NCBI GenBank assembly: GCA_937895465.1 | Contig: CALAYY010000042.1 | Location: 1 to 45,318, forward strand | Direction of reading: 5' to 3' | Length of the DNA: 45,318 bases | Source: an uncultured Clostridia bacterium | GTDB lineage: Bacteria > Bacillota > Clostridia > Christensenellales > DUVY01 | Shown here: positions 27,001 to 35,841 of the stretch, piece by piece | How the letters are laid out: each line of letters opens with the position of its first letter | Numbering within the stretch: position 1 is the first letter of the stretch | The notes under the pieces: model-generated | Told to the model about the DNA's origin: nothing | The model's database searches: none | Seen by the model: only the letters and a program-made list of their open reading frames with translations | Position numbers and translations under genes: made by a program

Positions 27001-27450
27001 TCAATCCTCGCCTTGTAAGATTAAATATTTTAAATATTCTCTTAGTATTGTGGATCTTGTATAACAAAGAATTGCTGAGATTATTAATACAAGTCCTGAT
27101 AATGAGTAAAACATAAAAATAAGTAAAAAGATGATAATTTTCAATTGTCCAAATAAATAAAATCTAAGAGGAACAATAAATATTCGCAAAACCTGTATTG
27201 CTCCCATTATTGCCAAAATGTATGACCAACTCTTATTATACGTTTTGGATTTTTCTGCTCCCATAAAACCCAATATCATAAAAACTATATTATAAACAAT
27301 ATCAATACCTATATAATAATCAGGCATGATTTTTCTGTTTTCATTAATTAAAAAGATGCATACTACATTAAATAATATTGAAAGAATACATAACCAGAAC
27401 GATGCTATATTGTTCTGATAACGCATTCTTTCGCCGTTTAGTCTAGCCAT
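27001..27450 (-). CDS. Unknown membrane protein, 149 aa, ~4 TM
   Basis: The start is revised to ATG at 27450 (MARLNGERM), with a strong SD GGAGGT at a 5-nt spacer. It overlaps the upstream ORF stop by 8 nt and ends 5 nt before the ATPase start. No family was recognised. Confidence 0.65.
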   Translation of the reverse strand: MARLNGERMRYQNNIASFWLCILSILFNVVCIFLINENRKIMPDYYIGIDIVYNIVFMILGFMGAEKSKTYNKSWSYILAIMGAIQVLRIFIVPLRFYLFGQLKIIIFLLIFMFYSLSGLVLIISAILCYTRSTILREYLKYLILQGED

Positions 27451-28078
27451 GATGTACCTCCGATAAACGCTCTTGCGCAAGAGCATAAACTTTTTTATCC
27501 ATCTTTTCTTCTTTTTTCATCATTTTGGTCTTGAAAATCAAATTAACAACAACCAAAACGGCTTCAATAAGCATTAAAACTCCTAATACTATTCCTAAAT
27601 CAAAATAAAAAGTAGATTTGACATATCTGTAATTTGGAAAGTCCTGCGTGTTTTTATAATATTGTTCAAAATCAACTTTGAGGTACTCAATTCTAAAATT
27701 AACAACATTGACAATTATAATAATCGCTAAAACAACAGCAATAATTGAAAATAATATTGAAGTTATATAGTTTGACAAATAATACTTTCTTCTGGTATGA
27801 GTAAAAAACACAAGCATTGAAATCCCTGAAATAATAAATAATATTGAACATACAAATAATAACTTATTAAAATCCTGAACCAAAAAATATATTTCAGAGC
27901 CTTTTACATATAAGAATGATTTATCGGTAAAATAAAATAGCTCATATACATCAGTAGAAAAAAGCAAAGAGTAAGCTAAGATAAAAAATGTCAAAATAAA
28001 TCCTGATTTTATAATGGGCTTTTGCATCTTCTTAGCCAAAGTAAAAATATCTTTTTTGGACTTATTATTATTATTCAT
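27443..28078 (-). CDS. Unknown membrane protein, 211 aa, ~4 TM
   Basis: ATG with AAGGA upstream. It has a lysine-rich N-terminus, four hydrophobic helices, a Y/F-rich loop (FRIEYLKVDFEQYYKNTQDFPNYRYV) and a charged C-terminus. No family was recognised. Confidence 0.65.
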   Translation of the reverse strand: MNNNNKSKKDIFTLAKKMQKPIIKSGFILTFFILAYSLLFSTDVYELFYFTDKSFLYVKGSEIYFLVQDFNKLLFVCSILFIISGISMLVFFTHTRRKYYLSNYITSILFSIIAVVLAIIIIVNVVNFRIEYLKVDFEQYYKNTQDFPNYRYVKSTFYFDLGIVLGVLMLIEAVLVVVNLIFKTKMMKKEEKMDKKVYALAQERLSEVHHG

Positions 28079-28112
28079 AAAAGTCCTTACTCCTTTTAGA
28101 ATATTTTGAATT

Positions 28113-28139
28113 CATAAGGGGATTATAAATCCCCTTATG
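28113..28139 (-). other. Intercistronic stem-loop downstream of the SBP gene (likely mRNA stabiliser or partial attenuator)
   Basis: Perfect 11-bp stem CATAAGGGGAT/ATCCCCTTATG with a 5-nt loop, 15 nt after the SBP stop. No U-tract follows. Confidence 0.6.
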
Positions 28140-28154
28140 AAAACTAAAGAACAA

Positions 28155-30254
28155 TTATTTATTATTCATTGCGCTGTAAGCAGCACGTGCAGCAGTTAAG
28201 AATAGCTTTTGATTCCAGGTAGTTTCTATCTGGGTAATTAAAGCTTCTTTACTTAAAAGAGTTGTTTCGCCTTTTGTTCCTTCAAAACCATATTGAACAT
28301 AGTCACTAAAAGCAAAACCTCTTGTAGCACTGTTAATCGTAAAGTTGGTGTTCAATAATGTCAAACCGCTTATAGCAGTTTGTTGTGTTTTGGTATAGGC
28401 AAGTGTTGTAGGCATAGAATGCAATCTCTTATCAGACTCGCTATTAGGATTAACTGACAAGTGCTTGATAGTTCCAAGCTCAATAGCCTTCAAAATATTG
28501 TCTAAGCCTACTTGACCCTTAGGATGAACACATTGATATTCCATACCCTGTTCTTTTACATAGCCGATAGGGAATGTTCCGCCCAAGAAACGACGGTAAT
28601 AGTTAGTATAGTTGCCTGCAGCATAAAATTGAAGCTCTTCTAAAGCTGCAGCAGAAAGCTTGGGAACCTGCTTGCCGTTATATTCTATTGTGCCGTCAAT
28701 CCACTTTTCAGGACCAAAAGACATCAAACGATTGCCTTCAGTAGAATACATGTAATCAATAAGCATTAACGCTCTTTCGCGCTTAGCTTGAGATGCAGAA
28801 GCAAGTATTGCCCATCCATCAGCTTTTACAGAACGCCAAGAATCAGTAAACCTTGTGTAATTATCATAGCCCCAATCTGCAAAAGGAGGCAAAACAGGAG
28901 TAAGATTAAAATCGGTTATGGTTTCGTCAAGCTTGTTAACTACTGTAGTAGTCTGGTTGTAGTCATAAGTCATAAAACCGAGGTTTTGTGCATTAAGTCT
29001 GTTGCGATGGCTTTTTTCGTTTGCATAAGAAGTACCCGATGTTGCATTGTCATTATGAAAATCAGGCAAAATCAAGCCTTCAGCATATAGATTATGTAAC
29101 CTTTCCAATCCATCCATTGTTGATTGTTGTACTCTGGCGTCTTGTAGTTTACCTTCTTTGTCAATATACAACCAGTTAATACGGGCATCCATCCCTCTTA
29201 CGCCCCAGATTTCCATAAAACGCATAAGGTCCATAACTCTGTCATTGGTACTCCATCTGGGATAGAAAGGTATTATGTTAGCTTCCGCATTGCCGTTAAG
29301 AAGAGCAGGGTTAGCCTTAACACATCTTAATAAAGCAACTAATTCGTCAGCATCATAAGCTGCGTTGACACCTGTAAATAATTCGGAACGCTTGGTACCA
29401 AATTTGTTATTATAAGTGGTATCAATATAACTTCTTAATGCTTTAGTCAAAGTCTCACCGTTTTTGGTTGAAAGTTCATTTTGAACTTTAATTATATTTT
29501 TAGCATAATTTTTGGTGATTGTTTCTGTTGCGCTTTTGTCAGCTTTTACTACCGTAAACTGTTTGTTTAAGGTATCAGGCATATAATTGGTATACTGTGT
29601 CTGAACTGTTGCAGCAGTATCAAAAGTAGGTTCGTTTGAACCGTCAAGCAACTTTTGAACCCAATCAACACGCATCATAAACATTCTTTCTAGGTCATCA
29701 TAACCGTCGAAATACGGTGCATAAAACATCTGTCCTTCGCCGGCAACGATAGTTGTTTTAACGATGCTATTATTATCCAAAAACTTCTTAAAATTAGGCA
29801 TTTTGTCAAGATATTGTTTGAGGTCAACAAATCTATTGTTTGTGATACCTTCCTCAATAATATCATTGCCGCCGCCGTTAATCATATCTATACCGCTGAA
29901 ATTGCCTGCCTGTGAAAAACTCCACTGTTCTGTCAGATTCTTGTATTTTCCTGCATAAGATAAGTCATTGATATCAAAATTAAATTTTTTACCTAATGCG
30001 TTCCAAACCGGCTTAATATCGCCGTCACGGTATCTGACGCCGTCAGCAGCAAGGTAACCGCCGTCAGCATGCTTATTGCCTTGGTTATAAGTCATATAAG
30101 CATTGCTGTCATACATAATTGCCATATTTAATGTAAGCTTTTCGTCTGTAGAAAAGCCGGTGTCTTCTTTGTCACATCCGATAAAACTACCGGCAAAACA
30201 AGACAATAAGAAAACCATAATTAAGCCTAGTAATAATGATTTTTTTGTTTTCAT
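28155..30254 (-). CDS. Extracellular sugar-binding lipoprotein, LplA-like (family 1 SBP), unusually large (699 aa)
   Basis: Signal peptide with a lipobox (LLSC/FIGC). Overall LplA/YtcQ-like character. The start is revised to ATG at 30254 (MKTKKSLL), with GGAGGG upstream. The ORF-track TTG at 30266 lies inside the SD. Confidence 0.75.
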   Translation of the reverse strand: MKTKKSLLLGLIMVFLLSCFAGSFIGCDKEDTGFSTDEKLTLNMAIMYDSNAYMTYNQGNKHADGGYLAADGVRYRDGDIKPVWNALGKKFNFDINDLSYAGKYKNLTEQWSFSQAGNFSGIDMINGGGNDIIEEGITNNRFVDLKQYLDKMPNFKKFLDNNSIVKTTIVAGEGQMFYAPYFDGYDDLERMFMMRVDWVQKLLDGSNEPTFDTAATVQTQYTNYMPDTLNKQFTVVKADKSATETITKNYAKNIIKVQNELSTKNGETLTKALRSYIDTTYNNKFGTKRSELFTGVNAAYDADELVALLRCVKANPALLNGNAEANIIPFYPRWSTNDRVMDLMRFMEIWGVRGMDARINWLYIDKEGKLQDARVQQSTMDGLERLHNLYAEGLILPDFHNDNATSGTSYANEKSHRNRLNAQNLGFMTYDYNQTTTVVNKLDETITDFNLTPVLPPFADWGYDNYTRFTDSWRSVKADGWAILASASQAKRERALMLIDYMYSTEGNRLMSFGPEKWIDGTIEYNGKQVPKLSAAALEELQFYAAGNYTNYYRRFLGGTFPIGYVKEQGMEYQCVHPKGQVGLDNILKAIELGTIKHLSVNPNSESDKRLHSMPTTLAYTKTQQTAISGLTLLNTNFTINSATRGFAFSDYVQYGFEGTKGETTLLSKEALITQIETTWNQKLFLTAARAAYSAMNNK

Positions 30255-30362
30255 CTTTCCCTCCAATTTTTTTATATAATCAGATTTTTATGTGTTTTTA
30301 ATCTTTTGGCTATCAGCTGCAAGTGATAAATCAAATGACTAAAACTTCACATAAAAACCAAA

Positions 30363-31244
30363 CTATTCCTTTACGCCGCCCATATTCACACCTTTAGCAA
30401 AATACTTTTGTATATAAGGATAGATAATAATTATTGGTATTATTGCACACACAATCATTGCATATATCAATGATTCGGGCGCAAAGTCTGTTATAACTGT
30501 TCCGTTTTCAGAAGTAAGGTCATCCAATGTTTGTCTAATATAAACCTGAAGCGGCCATTGATAATGATTTCGTATCATTATTCTCGCCCAAAAAAATCCG
30601 TTCCAGCGGCTAATTGCAAAGAATAATGTCACTGTAGCAATAGTCGCCTTGCACATAGGTGCATACACCTTGAATAGAAGCTGAAGCTCAGTTGCTCCGT
30701 CAACAGTTGCTGCCTCTTCTATTTCTTTGGACACGCCTTCAAAAGCATTTCTAAGAAGCACCACATTAAATGCAGCCATTCCCATTGCAATTACTACCAG
30801 CCATTTGTCATCACTAACACCAAAAAAGTCAAATACATTTTGGGTGGTCTTATAATTCATTAGCTGTGGAACTAATCCTGCGGTAAACCAAAGAGTAAAA
30901 ACCAAAAAGAAATTTAAGCCTCTTCTAAATACCAAACGCTTTTTTGACAGCGCATACGCTCCCAGCATGGCAACTAATAATGCCCAAATAGTCCCGTAAA
31001 AGGTCACAAACAATGTATTAGCATAACAAACCCAAAACTGTTTGTTATTAATCACCGCACCAAATGCATCAAATTGTATATCAACAGGCAATAATATAAC
31101 CTTGCCTTCATTAAAAGCATCTCCACCGCTTATTGCCGCTGAAAACGCATAAACAAAAGGATATAAACACATAAGTGCGAATATAACCAAAAATACATTT
31201 GCTAATATTTTAAAAATTAATTCTGAAGCTTCTACTCTTTTCAT
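30363..31244 (-). CDS. Sugar ABC transporter permease (LplC/YteP-like, CUT1)
   Basis: Six-TM pattern with EAA loop EEAATVDGATELQLLFKVYAPM. ATG at 31244 follows SD GAGGTG. Confidence 0.85.
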   Translation of the reverse strand: MKRVEASELIFKILANVFLVIFALMCLYPFVYAFSAAISGGDAFNEGKVILLPVDIQFDAFGAVINNKQFWVCYANTLFVTFYGTIWALLVAMLGAYALSKKRLVFRRGLNFFLVFTLWFTAGLVPQLMNYKTTQNVFDFFGVSDDKWLVVIAMGMAAFNVVLLRNAFEGVSKEIEEAATVDGATELQLLFKVYAPMCKATIATVTLFFAISRWNGFFWARIMIRNHYQWPLQVYIRQTLDDLTSENGTVITDFAPESLIYAMIVCAIIPIIIIYPYIQKYFAKGVNMGGVKE

Positions 31245-31254
31245 AAACACCTCG

Positions 31255-32373
31255 TTAATACAGTGAAGTCTCTGACACTTTTCGGCTGACCATGTTTGAA
31301 CCTATAACTAGAAGCATAGACAACACCGCAGCCATTAAGTCTGCTGCTGATGCTAATGCCTGATTGGTGTTCTCTTGTCCACCGTCCATACCTGCCATTC
31401 TAAAAACATAAGTTGATACTATATCTGCTGTGCTATAAATTTCCTTGTCATAAAGTAATAGTACTTTTTCGTATCCTATGGACAAAAGTCCTCCAAGATT
31501 AAGAATAAGCATTATTGTAATAGTCGAAGCCATACCGGGCAACACTACATATCTTAACTGAGCAAGCTTAGAAGCACCGTCAATTTTTGCCGCCTCATAG
31601 CTTGTCGGTGAAATACCTATAATTGCCGCAAAGAAAACAATCGAATTATATCCTGCTGTCTCCCAAATCCCTGAAATTTGATATATTGCTCTAAAATATT
31701 TTGGTACTCTCAACATTCCGCGATAGGCATCTTCACTTGAGACAAGCCCGATTTTATCAAAAAATTGAGCTAAAATTCCCGGTTCGGCAAAGATTGAGCC
31801 GCCCTTTAACAACATAGTTATTAGAGTTGTAATTACAACTGTTGAAACAAATCTAGGCAAATATGTGCATATCTGAATAGAACTTCTTAGTATGTTAGAT
31901 TTTACTTCATTAAAGAATAGTGCCAGTATTATAGGAACAGGAAATCCAAATAATAGCCCGTAAAAGCTTATCATAAAGGTGTTTCTAAAAGCCTGCCAAA
32001 ATCCTGCAGAATCCTCTCCAAAAATAAGCTTATAAAAATAGTTTATTCCCACAAACTCTCTATCAAAAATCTGAACAGTAGTGTCGTTAACTTTAAAAGC
32101 GCCTATAAGACCGTACAAAGGCATATACCGCCATAAGAAAAACACCAAAACCATAGGCAAAACCATAAGATACAATCGCCAATCTTTTATAATCTTCTTA
32201 CCGATATTCTTCCAGTAGTGCTTTTCCAGTTCATCTAAAACTGCAATATTGACCTTTTCTTCAAGTTTTTGAGTTGATTCAGAGTCATCCATGGAAATGG
32301 CTATTTTATCAATGCTTTTTTTAAGGATAGTTTTTGAAGCATCCTGACAATTGATTTTATCAATTTCAGCCAT
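31255..32373 (-). CDS. Sugar ABC transporter permease (LplB/YtcP-like, CUT1) with a ~60-aa cytoplasmic N-terminal extension
   Basis: EAA loop YEAAKIDGASKLAQLRYVVLPGM. The start is revised to ATG at 32373 (MAEIDKIN), with GAGGAGGG upstream. Confidence 0.85.
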   Translation of the reverse strand: MAEIDKINCQDASKTILKKSIDKIAISMDDSESTQKLEEKVNIAVLDELEKHYWKNIGKKIIKDWRLYLMVLPMVLVFFLWRYMPLYGLIGAFKVNDTTVQIFDREFVGINYFYKLIFGEDSAGFWQAFRNTFMISFYGLLFGFPVPIILALFFNEVKSNILRSSIQICTYLPRFVSTVVITTLITMLLKGGSIFAEPGILAQFFDKIGLVSSEDAYRGMLRVPKYFRAIYQISGIWETAGYNSIVFFAAIIGISPTSYEAAKIDGASKLAQLRYVVLPGMASTITIMLILNLGGLLSIGYEKVLLLYDKEIYSTADIVSTYVFRMAGMDGGQENTNQALASAADLMAAVLSMLLVIGSNMVSRKVSETSLY

Positions 32374-32944
32374 AAATTCCCTCCTCATTTTTTGCCTTGC
32401 TTTCTTTGGCAATACGTGCCAAATAATCATCCTGACATTCAAATAATCCGTTTTGCTTTCTTGCTATTGCGACAATGATTAATGCTATTACACCGTTAAA
32501 TACATCAGTAGAGAAAAAACTGATTATATTAAAAATACTTTGTTCAAAAATAAAAGAAACTAACGACCTGCCAAGGTTAATAGCAATAAACCCAGTAACA
32601 ACAAACAACATTGACATCCAAAGCTTATTAAGAATTTGTTTTCTTGACACGGCTTTTAGCCATAACAGGTTAAGTAAAATAAATGCGTTGCCAAGCCCAT
32701 ATATGAGATATTGAGAAGGTGTACCGCGGCAGAAGATACAATATGAAATACCGCTCAAAACTGCCGGTAACACCGCCCATTCTCGCCAGCGCATCATAAC
32801 AATAAGACTTATAGGCAAAACAATAGACAATGTATAATGTTCTAACCTGAAATTTTGAAAAGCAATGATATTGATTGCTTCCAAGACACAGGCAATAATA
32901 CAGAAGATTGTTATATCTATTGCTTTATAAGTTGTTTTTTTCAT
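32366..32944 (-). CDS. Unknown membrane protein, 192 aa, ~6 TM (loosely ECF S-component-like in size and shape)
   Basis: Its ATG overlaps the uxaC stop (ATGA) and AAGGGGA lies upstream. Its stop overlaps the lplB-like start region. It has six hydrophobic helices and a charged C-terminal tail (RKQNGLFECQDDYLARIAKESKAKNEE). Confidence 0.6.
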   Translation of the reverse strand: MKKTTYKAIDITIFCIIACVLEAINIIAFQNFRLEHYTLSIVLPISLIVMMRWREWAVLPAVLSGISYCIFCRGTPSQYLIYGLGNAFILLNLLWLKAVSRKQILNKLWMSMLFVVTGFIAINLGRSLVSFIFEQSIFNIISFFSTDVFNGVIALIIVAIARKQNGLFECQDDYLARIAKESKAKNEEGIYG

Positions 32945-34344
32945 TTTGTCCCCTTAGAAAAAAATCTTTCAGCGTTGTTATAGCATATATCTTCAACTAT
33001 TCTGCCGACAAACTCTAAATCATTGGGATATTCTCCGTCTTCTATCAGCTGTCCAAGTTTATTACACAAAATTCTTCTAAAATATTCATGTCTTGGATAT
33101 GACAAAAAGCTTCTTGAATCAGTCAGCATGCCCACAAATTTTGACAGCAATCCAAACTGTGCTGTTGCTTCCAACTGTCTGTTTATCCCGTCCTTCTGGT
33201 CATTAAACCACCAAGCGCTTCCAAATTGAATTTTACTAACATAATTAGGACTTTGAAAACAGTTTTTTATTGCGGCAAGCACTTCATTGTCTCTTGGGTT
33301 AAGACAGTACAATATTGTCTTAGGCAATTCATCTGTTTTATCCAATTCATTAAGTAATGCTGCAAGTGAGCTTGCAAAAGATTGGTCTTCTATGGCATCA
33401 AATCCTGTGTCTGCTCCTAACTTTGCCATATATCTAGACGAAACATTTCTTAATGCTCCGATATGATATTGCTGTACCCAGCCGTGACGCCTATATTCCC
33501 GACCCAAAAACACCAAAATATAACCCTTGTATTTTGATAATTCTATGGCGGTCAATTTTTCATGTCTTAATGCCTTAGAAAAAATCATTTCAACTTCTTG
33601 TTTGGTTGCCTGTTCATACATAACCACATCAAGAGCATGGTCAGAACAAACACAGCCCAAAGAATCAAAATACTCTATCCTATCCTTTAAGGCTTTTAAC
33701 AAATCATCCAAAGCTGCAATCTTATATCCTGCCGCTTTTTCTAATTTTGGCAGCCAGTCAAAAAACATATTAAGCTCAATATTAATAGCTTTATCAGGTC
33801 TAAAAGCCGGCTTTACTGATACATCAAATTCGTCTTCTTGTAGTTTTTTGTGGTATATTAAATCATCTGTAGGGTCGTCAGTAGTAAATAGGGCTTTTAC
33901 ATTGCTCTTTTTAATCATTGCACGTGCCGTGAGTTTTTCTAATTTTTTGTTAGCTTTTTCCCATATAATAGATGCTGTATGAGGATTAAGAATAAGGTCA
34001 ATATCAAAAAATCTTTTTAATTCTAGATGCGACCAGTGATAAAGAGGATTACCTATAGCATAAGGGAGTGCCTCGGCATATTTCAAAAACTTGTCATAGC
34101 CTGACTTAGAGCCAGAAATATAATCCTCATCTATGCCTAGCTCTCTCATAATGCGCCATTTGTAATGGTCGCCTGAAAGCCAAACATCAGCAAGGTCTAA
34201 AAACTTCTTGTCTTCATATATTTCCTTAGGACTCAAGTGGCAATGGAAATCAAATATCGGCATCTGTTTGCCAAAGACATTATACAGCTCTACCGCTGTC
34301 GGATTTTTTAATAAATAATTATCATTTAAAAATTCTTTCATCAT
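32941..34344 (-). CDS. uxaC: Glucuronate/galacturonate isomerase
   Basis: Colinear with E. coli UxaC as recalled (PIFDFHCHLSPKEI, WLSGDHYKWRIMR, GNPLYHWSHLELKR, TTDDPTDDL, FRPDKA). The start is likely one of the tandem ATGs at 34344/34341 after GGGGA. The ORF-track GTG at 34374 is unsupported. Confidence 0.9.
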   Translation of the reverse strand: MMKEFLNDNYLLKNPTAVELYNVFGKQMPIFDFHCHLSPKEIYEDKKFLDLADVWLSGDHYKWRIMRELGIDEDYISGSKSGYDKFLKYAEALPYAIGNPLYHWSHLELKRFFDIDLILNPHTASIIWEKANKKLEKLTARAMIKKSNVKALFTTDDPTDDLIYHKKLQEDEFDVSVKPAFRPDKAINIELNMFFDWLPKLEKAAGYKIAALDDLLKALKDRIEYFDSLGCVCSDHALDVVMYEQATKQEVEMIFSKALRHEKLTAIELSKYKGYILVFLGREYRRHGWVQQYHIGALRNVSSRYMAKLGADTGFDAIEDQSFASSLAALLNELDKTDELPKTILYCLNPRDNEVLAAIKNCFQSPNYVSKIQFGSAWWFNDQKDGINRQLEATAQFGLLSKFVGMLTDSRSFLSYPRHEYFRRILCNKLGQLIEDGEYPNDLEFVGRIVEDICYNNAERFFSKGTK

Positions 34345-34409
34345 CTTTCCCCGTTTATCTATATATTGCAACACCTTTAGAATTTCTGCTTTTTTAAAAG
34401 GCGTTTTAC

Positions 34410-35834
34410 CTATTCTGAATTTGTTTCCCCTACCTTCAAATTATCAATTATATTTTTCTCTTTTATCTTTTTAAGATAAATAATGCAAATCACAAGTGAC
34501 ATCAACCCTATTCCTGCATTGCTTATAAGCATTGCTATTCCGATGCTTTCCGCGCCAAGATTAGTTAAATTAATCATTATAGCCAGCGATGGAATTCTAA
34601 ACACAAACAATCTAGCAAGATTAACTACCATAGAAGCTTTGGTAAACCCGTATCCGTATAAAAGCCCCAATGTAGATTGATTGATTCCGAGCGCTATTAT
34701 GCCCATCTTTTCATAAGCAAATATCTTATCCACAAGACTTGCAAATTGCATATCTCCTTTGGCATAAAATCTTATTATAGGGTCATTAAATATTGTCAAT
34801 AATACAGTTCCCAAAATGCCCAGCACCATATTGAGAATAAAAGAGTAATAAAAAGCTTTCATTGCTCTGTCCTTGTTTTTGTATCCCAAGTTGGTACTGA
34901 TAATTAGTCCTGAGGATTCTTCAACACTTGCCATTACATTATTGACATATCCACCCATGTTGTTAGATATCCCCAATGCACCCACGGCTTTGTCGCCATA
35001 ATGGGAACACATTGCATTGACAATAACCTTGCCAAGATTAAAAACAAACCTTCCTAAAAAGATGGGGAATGACAGCACGAAAACAGGTTTGAGATAATCT
35101 CTTTTCAGACTTTTATCTTTAAATGAAAATCTGAAAATATAATTGGGCATCAGCAGTCTTATAACAACAAACAAAGTAAGCATCAGATTGGCGATAAGTG
35201 TTGAAGCCGCAATCATTACAAGACCTTGATGAAAGATTTTGATAAACATATAAGATAAAGTAATTTTTATTATCATTATCATTATGTTTATTCCCAAAAT
35301 AGTTACAGTCTGTCCTCTTGCTTTTTCAAGTCCCATAAAGATGTTGTTAAACAGCATTATACCTACAGTTACAATCTGCACCATAAAGTACTGTGAGCCA
35401 ATCTTAATAAGATTGTTTGGAGTTCTTGCAATCCTTAATATAGATGTTGCTAAAGGTACGCACACTGCTATTACGGAAAGTCCTATCACTCCTGCCAAAA
35501 ACAGCAATGTATTAGCCATGGTTTTTGCGTTTTTAAAATCATTTCTGCCTATCAGCCTCGACACCAAAATCATACCGCCGCTTGCAAAGCCTGACCCTAG
35601 TGACATAATGAGGTTGGTTAGTTGTCCTATTACAGCTACTGCTGATATTGCTGATGAGTCAATTTCCGCCGCAATGATAGAATCAATTATTGTGTATAAA
35701 TAACTCAAAGCATTTATCAGAAAAAGCGGTAAAGATATTTTGAATATTACTGCCCACAAATTTTTGGTCACAATAAATTCACGCAGTTTTCTGTCTGATT
35801 CTTTTACATTGCCCTTTTGTATAGTTTGGGTCAT
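34410..35834 (-). CDS. MATE-family transporter
   Basis: About 12 TM in 474 aa with a two-fold repeat, and an N-terminal region typical of MATE/NorM-like proteins. SD AGGTGG. It starts 7 nt after the stop of ATPase 2. Confidence 0.7.
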   Translation of the reverse strand: MTQTIQKGNVKESDRKLREFIVTKNLWAVIFKISLPLFLINALSYLYTIIDSIIAAEIDSSAISAVAVIGQLTNLIMSLGSGFASGGMILVSRLIGRNDFKNAKTMANTLLFLAGVIGLSVIAVCVPLATSILRIARTPNNLIKIGSQYFMVQIVTVGIMLFNNIFMGLEKARGQTVTILGINIMIMIIKITLSYMFIKIFHQGLVMIAASTLIANLMLTLFVVIRLLMPNYIFRFSFKDKSLKRDYLKPVFVLSFPIFLGRFVFNLGKVIVNAMCSHYGDKAVGALGISNNMGGYVNNVMASVEESSGLIISTNLGYKNKDRAMKAFYYSFILNMVLGILGTVLLTIFNDPIIRFYAKGDMQFASLVDKIFAYEKMGIIALGINQSTLGLLYGYGFTKASMVVNLARLFVFRIPSLAIMINLTNLGAESIGIAMLISNAGIGLMSLVICIIYLKKIKEKNIIDNLKVGETNSE

Positions 35835-35841
35835 ATACCAC

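Noticed and set aside
26996-27067. N-terminal extensions proposed by the ORF track: ATPase 1 to 27067, MFS to 6555, SBP to 30266, uxaC to 34374, lplB-like to 32442, the 161-aa version of the membrane ORF to 27486, the yxjI-like gene to 41204 and the ATPase leader to 827.
   Set aside because: In each case an internal ATG with a good SD gives a protein starting at the family-typical N-terminus. The upstream part overlaps the preceding gene or a regulatory element and often begins with a non-ATG codon inside the SD.
30267-30362. A long-range inverted repeat TTTTTATGTG ... CACATAAAAA in the spacer between the lplC-like and SBP genes.
   Set aside because: It is a 10-bp AT-rich stem with a ~55-nt loop and weak predicted stability. 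It could be chance and is not compelling as a regulatory structure.
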